Below are positions 8,072 through 20,018 of a stretch of 32,000 nucleotides of DNA, piece after piece. The DNA is taken from assembly GCA_965651935.1 (NCBI GenBank), contig CBFGTC010000001.1, positions 9,476 through 41,475 of the forward strand, in the 5' to 3' direction. The stretch comes from an uncultured bacterium (GTDB lineage: Bacteria > Pseudomonadota > Gammaproteobacteria > Coxiellales > Coxiellaceae). How positions within the stretch are numbered: the stretch's first letter is position 1; the number at the start of each line of letters is the position of its first letter. A model generated the notes under the pieces. The model worked only from the letters and a program-made list of their open reading frames with translations. It was not told the DNA's origin and ran no database searches. The position numbers and the translations under genes are program-made.

Positions 8072-9976
8072 TTATTTAGCCTCTTTTTGAATACGACTGT
8101 ATTCTGCCAACGCCCATAGCGGAAAATATTTGCAATAACCGTGATAGCGTAAATAAAAAACCCGTGGAAACCCAGGCGCAGTGAACCAGGGGTCGTGCCA
8201 AAAACCGTTTTCCAGTTGAGTGCGCAGTAAATAGTGGATGCCTCGTTTTACCGTAGGCGAGTCCCCCTCTCCAGCAGCCATCAATCCCAATAACGCCCAA
8301 GCGGTTTGATACGAAGTGCTGGGCTGTTGATCATCCCAGACATTGTCATAGCTATTGTTATTTTCTCCCCAACCACCATCGGCGTGTTGTTTAGATTGCA
8401 GCCAATCAACAGCCCGGCGCACCACGGAACTTTGCAAATCGACTTTGGCTTCTCTCAAAGCAACCAATACCGACCAAGTTCCATAAATATAATTGGTGCC
8501 CCAGCGCCCAAACCAAGAACCATTGATTTCCTGCTCGTTAAATAAAAACTGTAAACCTTGTTCCAGTAAAGATTTATCTTGCGGGCGTTGTAATAATGCC
8601 AGAAATTTAATACAACGAGCAGTAACATCACTGGTAGGCGGGTCTAATAAAGCGCCATGATCCGCAAACGGAATTTCATTTAAATAATAACGGGTATTAT
8701 CTTTGTCAAAGGAGGCAAAACCGCCATTATGGCTTTGCATACCGGCTAACCATGTCGCAGCCCGGCTCACTGATTCAGAGTAATATACCGCATCTTGCGA
8801 ATGCATGGCCCAGGCTACCACAGCGGTGTCATCCAGGTCCGGGTAATAATCATTCCGGTATTCAAATGCCCAACCTCCACCTGGCAGGTTGGGATTATAA
8901 ACTTTCCAATCGGCAGGCCCGTTTAAGATCTGTAACGGCTGTAGCCAGTTTAAAGCACTGGCCGATGCTTGAACACTTTCGGCAGATCCCTCCGCTTGTA
9001 AAGCCAAACTGGATAAGGCGGTATCCCATATGGGAGAAAAGCAAGGTTGACAATAAGCCGACTGTGAATCGATCACCAATAATTTTTTTAACGCGGTTTT
9101 AGCCTGTTGCCGAAAGGGATGCTCGGCAGAATATCCCAATAATATTAATGCTTCATAGGCATTGACCATGGCAGGAAAAATGGCTCCTAAACCTTGCTCG
9201 CCATTTAATCGTTCGGTGAACCAGGATTCGGCTTTTTTCACGGCGGCTGCACGCCATTTTTTAGGAATCAACGGCTCAAGCTTTCGGCCTATTTTGTCTA
9301 AAAATAAAAAAATCCGCCCTAAACTAGAACGCGTTTTAAAATAATGCTTTTCTTGTTGAGGGGGTGTGACAAAAAGTTCCGCAATCCCCACTCGGCGCGG
9401 ATTTTTAGCGCTGGGTTTTAGACTGCATAAAATCAATAACGGGACCATGACGGTCCGCGACCAATAAGAAACTTTGTTGATGTGGAATGGAAACCATTTG
9501 GGTAACAGCATAATTTCCACGGGGATAAAAGGCACGGCATGCCAGGGAACTTGTTCAAACATCGCTAAACAAATGCGGGTAAAGACATTACTTTTGGCTG
9601 CTCCCCCCAGATTTAATATGCACTGGTGCGCTCTTTGCATATGCTCCGCATCAGGAGAGTCTCCAGCGAGCTTCAATGCATAATATACTTTTACGGTACA
9701 GCTAATATCCGCGTTACCGGCATAATACAATGGCCATCCGCCATCTTTGCCCTGCCGGGAACGTAAATACACAGCGAGCTTTTGTTCAAGTTCGGTATCG
9801 ATTTCATCCAAATAATGCATCATCAAAATATATTCTGCGGGGATGGTACAATCTGCTTCTAATTCAAAGCACCAATGTCCGTCAGAACGCTGAGCAGCTA
9901 ACAAAGCATTTTTGGCGGCGTTAATAGCATTGGATAAATGGGTAGCCGGCTCGGCCTGAGAAAGCAGGTCTTTCAT
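8072..9976 (-). CDS. shc: Squalene-hopene cyclase
   Basis: Catalytic DxDDTA motif (YPDLDDTAVVAW). Multiple QW repeats (RQGKDGGWP, QSHNGGFA, INGSWFGRWG, KQHADGGWGE, LENGFW). 634 aa. Confidence 0.95.
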   Translation of the reverse strand: MKDLLSQAEPATHLSNAINAAKNALLAAQRSDGHWCFELEADCTIPAEYILMMHYLDEIDTELEQKLAVYLRSRQGKDGGWPLYYAGNADISCTVKVYYALKLAGDSPDAEHMQRAHQCILNLGGAAKSNVFTRICLAMFEQVPWHAVPFIPVEIMLLPKWFPFHINKVSYWSRTVMVPLLILCSLKPSAKNPRRVGIAELFVTPPQQEKHYFKTRSSLGRIFLFLDKIGRKLEPLIPKKWRAAAVKKAESWFTERLNGEQGLGAIFPAMVNAYEALILLGYSAEHPFRQQAKTALKKLLVIDSQSAYCQPCFSPIWDTALSSLALQAEGSAESVQASASALNWLQPLQILNGPADWKVYNPNLPGGGWAFEYRNDYYPDLDDTAVVAWAMHSQDAVYYSESVSRAATWLAGMQSHNGGFASFDKDNTRYYLNEIPFADHGALLDPPTSDVTARCIKFLALLQRPQDKSLLEQGLQFLFNEQEINGSWFGRWGTNYIYGTWSVLVALREAKVDLQSSVVRRAVDWLQSKQHADGGWGENNNSYDNVWDDQQPSTSYQTAWALLGLMAAGEGDSPTVKRGIHYLLRTQLENGFWHDPWFTAPGFPRVFYLRYHGYCKYFPLWALAEYSRIQKEAK

Positions 9977-10974
9977 ACAATTTCTCGAGTTAAACGCTGG
10001 AATAAAAATTCCAGTAAATCATTATTTCGGCAGCACAGATTACTCACGGCAATGGTAGTTTTTAATGTGCGTCTATTCACTTTAACTTCAGCTCCTGAAT
10101 GAAAAGTTGGATTATGATAAATATTGCGTAAAGTGAGTATCGCTAAACCTATTGCCCACAAACAAAAACGGCGGATTCCGGTTTCATTGGCGGGAATCAG
10201 CAAAGTATATTTCAAAGCATTATCTAAATGTTTACGCGCCATACCGATCAACTGCTTCAATGGAGCGGCAAATTCATCGCGCATCAAACTTGCTTCAGCT
10301 AAATTAACGCCATGTTGTTGAAAAATTTCTTGTGGTAGCCAACAAACGCCTCGTTGACGGTCTTCCCAAAAGTCTTTCAAAATATTAGTCATTTGCAGAC
10401 CTTGGCCGAAAGAAACCGCTAAGTTCATCAATTGATCTTGGCACGAGGCTATTTTGGCAGAATAGTCACAAAATAATTCCGTGAGCATTTCGCCTACCAC
10501 TCCCGCGACAAAATAACAATAACGATCTAATTCAGCCGTATTTGCCAATCCTTGTAAACTGACTCGCCTTTGAAATTCTGGCATACCAGTTGACATAATG
10601 TTCACACAGCGCTGTAAACTTTGCTGTTGGAGAGAAGTAAAATGGTGTAAACAACGAATAACCGTAGGGATATTTTGGATTAATTCACGTTCTGGTATGG
10701 GTGTCCGTTCGGATAATTGAGGATATAATTCTTCGGCAAATTTCACGGCAGAATACTGTCCTGTCAATACTTCTCGAAAATGGGCATGGTAGTGAGCTTT
10801 TATATTGGCTTCCAGACCAGCATCGTCTTCAATGGTATCGGCTATGCGGCACAATAAATAGGCGTTGGTGATAACGTCTCGCAGCGGTATAGGCAATTGT
10901 GGAATCGTGAGGGCAAAGGTCCTGGAGACGCCCGGCAATAAGCGCTGTTGCGTGTGTAAATCCGAATCTTTCAT
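9973..10974 (-). CDS. sqs: Squalene synthase (single-enzyme farnesyl-diphosphate farnesyltransferase type)
   Basis: LPGVSRTFALTI box. Asp-rich motifs CRIADTIEDD and NILKDFWEDRQRG. 333 aa. ATGA overlap with shc. No HpnC/HpnD/HpnE trio is present in the window. Confidence 0.8.
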   Translation of the reverse strand: MKDSDLHTQQRLLPGVSRTFALTIPQLPIPLRDVITNAYLLCRIADTIEDDAGLEANIKAHYHAHFREVLTGQYSAVKFAEELYPQLSERTPIPERELIQNIPTVIRCLHHFTSLQQQSLQRCVNIMSTGMPEFQRRVSLQGLANTAELDRYCYFVAGVVGEMLTELFCDYSAKIASCQDQLMNLAVSFGQGLQMTNILKDFWEDRQRGVCWLPQEIFQQHGVNLAEASLMRDEFAAPLKQLIGMARKHLDNALKYTLLIPANETGIRRFCLWAIGLAILTLRNIYHNPTFHSGAEVKVNRRTLKTTIAVSNLCCRNNDLLEFLFQRLTREIV

Positions 10975-11038
10975 AGTTACGAAAGCGTACCTTAACCGTT
11001 TTAAATCCTCAATAGCTTCAGCAATTCGCTGTTCAGAC

Positions 11039-15095
<4,057 letters not shown>

Positions 15096-15105
15096 CTAAT
15101 TATAC

Positions 15106-15145
15106 AGCAGAGTGCTCGCATATGCGAGCACTCTGCTTTTGTTTA
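15106..15145 (+). terminator. Perfect palindrome followed by a T-tract; looks like an intrinsic terminator but has no plus-strand gene upstream of it
   Basis: GCAGAGTGCTCGCAT/ATGCGAGCACTCTGC (15107-15136, 30 nt perfect) followed by TTTTGTTTATATTTT. It lies 35 nt upstream of the pyrG ATG. It abuts a minus-strand TATAAT (15104-15099). Confidence 0.4.
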
Positions 15146-15266
15146 TATTTTATGCTCCGGCAAGCCAATTGCTCGGGATGAAAGGCGCAGAATCGCGATT
15201 CGCTTAGGCATTGCGAGGTTTTAACTATTTTTTCAAATCCTTATGTCATGCATATCCCATTCTCCC

Positions 15267-15295
15267 TTGACAATTTCGGATCAAAAAATCATAAT
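15267..15295 (+). promoter_or_regulatory. Putative sigma70 promoter for the GT2/LAB_N/ArnT-like/PAP2 operon
   Basis: -35 TTGACA (15267-15272), 17-nt spacer, -10 CATAAT (15290-15295). It ends 30 nt upstream of the ATG at 15326. Confidence 0.5.
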
Positions 15296-15325
15296 GTTTG
15301 ATTTTGAATGGGGTTCTAATTTTAT

Positions 15326-16078
15326 ATGCAATCCTCGCCAAAGCAAGGCGTCTCCGTGATTATCGCCGTCTACAACGAAATTGAAAACATCCAGCCCTTA
15401 TTAATCGAGATCTTTAATGCACTGAATAATTCGAGCGTTTTTGAAATTGTCGCCGTGGATGATTGCAGCACCGACGGAACCCGGGAACTTTTATCGCAAT
15501 TACAAAAACAATTCGATTATTTGCGCGTCGTTTACCATGATCGCAATTATGGACAAAGCATAGCTGTCGTCAATGGCGTGCGCGCCGCGCGTTATGATTG
15601 GATTTTGACTCTTGATGGGGATGGCCAAAATGATCCTCAAGATTTCGCTAAATTATTCGCCGCCGCCTCCCAATTCGAAACGTCAGCGCCACCAGGTCCG
15701 GTCTTGGTTGCAGGGATACGCGTGAAACGCGAAGACAATGCCGTGCGACGTTTGTCTTCTCGCTTTGCCAATTGCATTCGAGGCTATTTGCTGAAAGACA
15801 ATTGCCCTGATAGCGCTTGCGGCTTAAAACTTTTTCAGCGCCACGTCTTCCTGCAATTACCGCATTTCAACCATCTACATCGATTTTTACCCGCGCTTTT
15901 TAAACGCGCCGGAGGGATAATTATTAACGTAGAAGTCAATCACCGCCCACGGCTGTATGGCAAATCAAAATACCGGACCTTGGACCGCTTATGGGTCGGC
16001 ATTAGTGATCTGCTGGGAGTGATGTGGTTAATTCGACGCCCCTGCCCACTGGAAACTCGTCATGCTCCATCCTCTTGA
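15326..16078 (+). CDS. GT2 polyprenyl-phosphate glycosyltransferase (ArnC/GtrB/DPM1-like), lacking the usual C-terminal TM pair
   Basis: VSVIIAVYNE.., ..VAVDDCSTDGT.., ..LDGDGQNDPQD.. 250 aa. Confidence 0.85.
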   Translation: MQSSPKQGVSVIIAVYNEIENIQPLLIEIFNALNNSSVFEIVAVDDCSTDGTRELLSQLQKQFDYLRVVYHDRNYGQSIAVVNGVRAARYDWILTLDGDGQNDPQDFAKLFAAASQFETSAPPGPVLVAGIRVKREDNAVRRLSSRFANCIRGYLLKDNCPDSACGLKLFQRHVFLQLPHFNHLHRFLPALFKRAGGIIINVEVNHRPRLYGKSKYRTLDRLWVGISDLLGVMWLIRRPCPLETRHAPSS

Positions 16079-16373
16079 TTGGTATAAAGTTTTATGGCTT
16101 AGTCTTGGCTTTGCCGCACAAGGGCTGTTCGGGGCGCGTTTTTTAGTGCAATGGTTATATAGCGAAAAGCATCGCAAAAGTATAGTGCCTAAAATGTTTT
16201 GGTGGCTTAGTCTCACCGGCGGAATCGCCATGTTAATTTATTCTATCCATCTTAAAGACCCGGTTTTTATCAGCGGTCAAGCCTTTGGGCTGATTGTCTA
16301 TGTCCGCAATATTTGTTTGCTCTACTGCGAGCGAAAAACACAAAACTCCGCACTCACCGCGACATCGAAATGA
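16062..16373 (+). CDS. Small membrane protein with a lipid A biosynthesis N-terminal (LAB_N) domain
   Basis: ARFLVQWLYSEKHRKSIVPKMFWWLSLTGG..DPVFISGQAFGLIVYVRNI matches the LAB_N pattern as I recall it. It overlaps the GT2 gene by 17 nt in the +1 frame. Confidence 0.7.
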   Translation: MLHPLDWYKVLWLSLGFAAQGLFGARFLVQWLYSEKHRKSIVPKMFWWLSLTGGIAMLIYSIHLKDPVFISGQAFGLIVYVRNICLLYCERKTQNSALTATSK

Positions 16374-17818
16374 CCAGCTCTGCTAAGAATTCATTTAACT
16401 CTTTTTTATGGATTGCTTTAATTTTTACGGCTTGGCGAATCTTTTATCTTTTTATTAATCACCGCAGCTTGGACGTTGAAGAAGCCCAATACTGGAGTTG
16501 GAGCCAACATCTGGCACTGGGTTACCACTCCAAACCGCCCATGATTAGCTGGGTTATTCATTTTTCCACCCTTCTATTCGGTCATTCAGAATGGGCGATT
16601 CGTATTATCAGCCCGATCACCTATTTTTTTACAGCACTATTGGTTTATGGCTGTGCGAAAAAGTTATTTAATCCTCATATTGGTTTTTGGTCAGGGATAA
16701 GCGTTCTGGCATTACCCGCGGTAACTTATTCTGCCAGCATCATTTCCACGGATCCTTTACTTATTTTATTTTGGTCATTGGCTTTATTTGCTTTTATTTA
16801 TGCCTATCAAAGCCGAGGTTTAGGCTGGTGGTTTTTATGCGGGATTGCAGTTGGGCTGGGGATGCTCAGCAAATATACCATGCTGGCATTTGTCTTATCG
16901 GCAATTTTATATTTTATCTGCAATATTCACCGCCCCTCTCCTCTGAAGGGTTGGGGACCTTACTTAGCTTTGATTGTCGCGATTTTAATCTTCTTACCTA
17001 ACGCCATTTGGAATACTCAACATCATAATCCGGCTCTGGAACACGTGGTCGAACACAATATTCATGTGCAGGGAGTCCACTTCCATTGGAAAAATTTAGC
17101 TTACTTTATCTTAAGCCAGGCGGGCATTTTGGGACCTGTATTATTTATGCTTTTATTTATTGCCATTTTCCGCTGGCGTCGGTTGGGCCACAACGAAGCC
17201 TCTTTATTGTTACTTTGTTTTACAGTCCCCATGTTACTCATGATCGCCGTGGAAGCGCTGCTCTCCCGCGCTTATGCCAATTGGGCGGTAGCCGCTTACC
17301 CAAGCGGAATTATTTTAACCGTGGCTTATTTATGGAAAAAAAAATGGCGAGGCTGGCTCAAATTCAGCGTTATTTTAAATATTCTCATTTCAATTTTTTT
17401 ATATGCTTGGGAAATGGCTATCGCTTATGGCTTTCTAAACTGGCCCATTCCAGATCGACCTAATTGGAAAGATTTTGGCAACAAAATCGAAACCCAGCAA
17501 CGCTATTTCTCCCACCTTTCATACTTAGTTTATGATCGTGAACTTTGGTCAAAGACTTTATATTATGGTAAAGTACCGAAAAGCCGTTTATATATATGGG
17601 ACCCTTATCAAAAAATAGACTGGAAAGAGGACAATCTAGTTTATAATATTCCCGTGGGTAAAAATTACGTTCTAATTTCGTATAATGCTCACTTACCATC
17701 TGAAATGCTAAATTCATTTCAGAATTATCAATTATTAGACACGTTTACAGTCAGCCAGCGTTTATCGGGCCGGCAAAAACAAATTTATATTTTTTGGCTA
17801 GAAGGATTCAATCAGTAG
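16370..17818 (+). CDS. ArnT/PMT-like (GT39/GT83) polyprenyl-phosphate-sugar dependent glycosyltransferase
   Basis: About 482 aa, polytopic, with an N-terminal ..DVEEAQYWSWSQHLALGYHSKPPM.. loop typical of ArnT-like enzymes. I place the start at ATG 16370, which forms an ATGA overlap with the LAB_N stop. The track ORF starts at 16313. Confidence 0.8.
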   Translation: MTSSAKNSFNSFLWIALIFTAWRIFYLFINHRSLDVEEAQYWSWSQHLALGYHSKPPMISWVIHFSTLLFGHSEWAIRIISPITYFFTALLVYGCAKKLFNPHIGFWSGISVLALPAVTYSASIISTDPLLILFWSLALFAFIYAYQSRGLGWWFLCGIAVGLGMLSKYTMLAFVLSAILYFICNIHRPSPLKGWGPYLALIVAILIFLPNAIWNTQHHNPALEHVVEHNIHVQGVHFHWKNLAYFILSQAGILGPVLFMLLFIAIFRWRRLGHNEASLLLLCFTVPMLLMIAVEALLSRAYANWAVAAYPSGIILTVAYLWKKKWRGWLKFSVILNILISIFLYAWEMAIAYGFLNWPIPDRPNWKDFGNKIETQQRYFSHLSYLVYDRELWSKTLYYGKVPKSRLYIWDPYQKIDWKEDNLVYNIPVGKNYVLISYNAHLPSEMLNSFQNYQLLDTFTVSQRLSGRQKQIYIFWLEGFNQ

Positions 17819-17821
17819 CAT

Positions 17822-18520
17822 ATGTCAAAAAAATTCTTTTTAAATATGGCACTTTTTGCAGTCTTATTTTCGGCGCTGATGTACCTTTTTCCCCAAATCG
17901 ATCTCACCGTTAGCAGCTGGTTTTATAAACCTGGGAAAGGCTTTTTATTAGAACATTTTTACACTCAATTACACCTGGCTGTTTTTCGTGATTGCATGGT
18001 TTATTTGACTTATTTGTTGATTATTGGACTGACTATGGTTTTGATAGCTGGAATTTTCTTTAAAAAATATTCCTCTTTGCTTTCCATGAGAATATGCTTA
18101 TTTTTGTTAATCAGCTTCGCCATTGCTCCTGCATTTGTGGTGAACGATTTATTAAAAAATCATTGGGGGCGTGCACGTCCTTTTCAAGTAAAGCAATTTG
18201 GCGGCGATAAAGAATTCACACCAGCCTGGGTAATGAGCAACCAATGCGAAAAAAACTGTTCGTTTACCTCAGGAGAGACCGCAAATATTTTTTGTTATTT
18301 GGCATTATTATTCGTATTGAATCGTAAAAAACTGGTGGCTTCCATCATCTTTACGTTAGGTTTCCTCATGACTTTTGAACGAATTGCTCAGGGGGACCAT
18401 TTTTTAAGCGATACGATATTAAGTGGTTTTATCGATTATTTATTAATCTGGCTTAGTTACCAAGCCATGCAGCAATTTTCATATTCATCTATTCCCTCCC
18501 CCTCGCAAAGGGAAGTGTAA
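17822..18520 (+). CDS. PAP2-family lipid phosphatase (LpxE/LpxF-like)
   Basis: Motif C1 is KNHWGRARP. Motif C2 reads SGE (SFTSGET) instead of SGH. Motif C3 is RIAQGDHFLSD. About 6 TM helices. It starts 3 nt after the ArnT-like gene. Confidence 0.8.
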   Translation: MSKKFFLNMALFAVLFSALMYLFPQIDLTVSSWFYKPGKGFLLEHFYTQLHLAVFRDCMVYLTYLLIIGLTMVLIAGIFFKKYSSLLSMRICLFLLISFAIAPAFVVNDLLKNHWGRARPFQVKQFGGDKEFTPAWVMSNQCEKNCSFTSGETANIFCYLALLFVLNRKKLVASIIFTLGFLMTFERIAQGDHFLSDTILSGFIDYLLIWLSYQAMQQFSYSSIPSPSQREV

Positions 18521-18530
18521 GAAGGGGGCG
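18491..18530. repeat. Possible degenerate copy D of the hairpin repeat, overlapping the PAP2 stop codon
   Basis: ATTCCCTCCCCCTCGCAAAGGGAAGTGTAAGAAGGGGG aligns loosely with ATTCACCTCTCCCTCACGTGGAAGAGGTGAAAAAAA of copy B. Confidence 0.3.
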
Positions 18531-18544
18531 TAATCAGCTTAACT

Positions 18545-20002
18545 ATGGAGAAAATTATGCCACAAACATTTGAAAACAAAATTAATAAAACTTTAGCCAA
18601 AGCCATGCAGGAGGAGATTAATCAGATTTGGCGCAAAGATATCGTTCATCGCTTATCTGAATACATTAAAATCCCCAACAAATCACCAGCTTTCGATAAG
18701 GATTGGAAAGCCAATGGACATATGAATAAAGCCATGGACCTCATTGTCAAATGGTGCACTAAACAAGCTATTAAGAATATGAATATCAGCGTCTTGGAAG
18801 AGGAAGGACGCACTCCCTTGTTATTGATTGACATTGAAGGACAAATTGAAAAAACCGTTTTGCTGTATGGCCATATGGATAAACAACCTGAGATGAAGGG
18901 CTGGAACCAAGAATTGGGACTGTCTCCTTGGGAGCCGGTATTACTGGATGATAAGCTTTATGGGCGCGGCGGTGCAGACGATGGGTACTCGGTATTTGCT
19001 GCGCTCACGGCAATTTCCACCTTGCAACGCCACCAAATACCGCACGGCCGCTGCGTCGTGATTATCGAGGGCAGCGAAGAGAGCGGAAGTTTAGATTTAA
19101 ATTTTTACTTAGAAAAACTCCAAGACAAGATCGGCGAACCTACTTTTATTATTTGCTTAGATTCGGGCTGCGGCAATTATGAGCAATTGTGGAGCACGAC
19201 GTCCTTGCGCGGCATGGTTAGCGGGACTTTACGTATTGAAGTTTTGACTAAAGGAATGCACTCGGGTTTAGGCAGTGGCGTCGTGCCGTCGGCATTTCGC
19301 ATCTTAGAGTTATTGTTGGACCGCATCGAAGATCGTCAAACCGGAAAAATATTGCTACCGGAAATGCAAGTCAACATTCCTCAGCAATATATTGAACAAG
19401 CCCAATTGACGTCTGAAATTCTAGGCGATAGTTTTCAGCGCGATTATCCTTTTGCTTGGCCCACTCATGCGGTCAGTAACAATGATGCTGAACTAATTTT
19501 GAATCGCACTTGGCGCCCGGCGCTTTCCGTTATTGGGATAGAAGGGCTGCCGTCTTTAGCCCACGCTGGCAATGTCACCATCCCTTCTTTAGCTGTCAAA
19601 ATTTCTATTCGTATTCCACCCGGATGCAATCCTCACCGCGCCAAGGATGCCTTACAAAAGAGCTTAACTCATAACCCTCCCTATGAGGCGAAGGTGTCTT
19701 TTCTATGTCAGGATTATGCTCCGGGCTGGCAGGCTCCTTTGCTCGACGAATGGTTAGCCCAAGCCAATGAAGAAGCCTCACAATTATTTTTTGAAAAACC
19801 GGCGGCATATATTGGCGAAGGTGGCACTATTCCGTTTATGGGGATGCTAGGAAATATGTTTCCCAAAGCTCAATTTTTGATAACTGGCGTCTTGGGACCA
19901 GATTCAAGCGCTCACGGACCAAATGAATTTTTGCACCTGGGGATGGCGCGAAAATTAACTGCTTGTGTCGCCATGGCTTTAGCCGCACATGCCGCATCAT
20001 AG
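18545..20002 (+). CDS. M20 family metallopeptidase (dipeptidase-like)
   Basis: LLYGHMDKQP, YGRGGADDGYS, IIEGSEESGS. 485 aa. The second ATG at 18557 has GGAG 6 nt upstream and may be the true start. Confidence 0.85.
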   Translation: MEKIMPQTFENKINKTLAKAMQEEINQIWRKDIVHRLSEYIKIPNKSPAFDKDWKANGHMNKAMDLIVKWCTKQAIKNMNISVLEEEGRTPLLLIDIEGQIEKTVLLYGHMDKQPEMKGWNQELGLSPWEPVLLDDKLYGRGGADDGYSVFAALTAISTLQRHQIPHGRCVVIIEGSEESGSLDLNFYLEKLQDKIGEPTFIICLDSGCGNYEQLWSTTSLRGMVSGTLRIEVLTKGMHSGLGSGVVPSAFRILELLLDRIEDRQTGKILLPEMQVNIPQQYIEQAQLTSEILGDSFQRDYPFAWPTHAVSNNDAELILNRTWRPALSVIGIEGLPSLAHAGNVTIPSLAVKISIRIPPGCNPHRAKDALQKSLTHNPPYEAKVSFLCQDYAPGWQAPLLDEWLAQANEEASQLFFEKPAAYIGEGGTIPFMGMLGNMFPKAQFLITGVLGPDSSAHGPNEFLHLGMARKLTACVAMALAAHAAS

Positions 20003-20018
20003 ACGGTAATTAAAGTCC

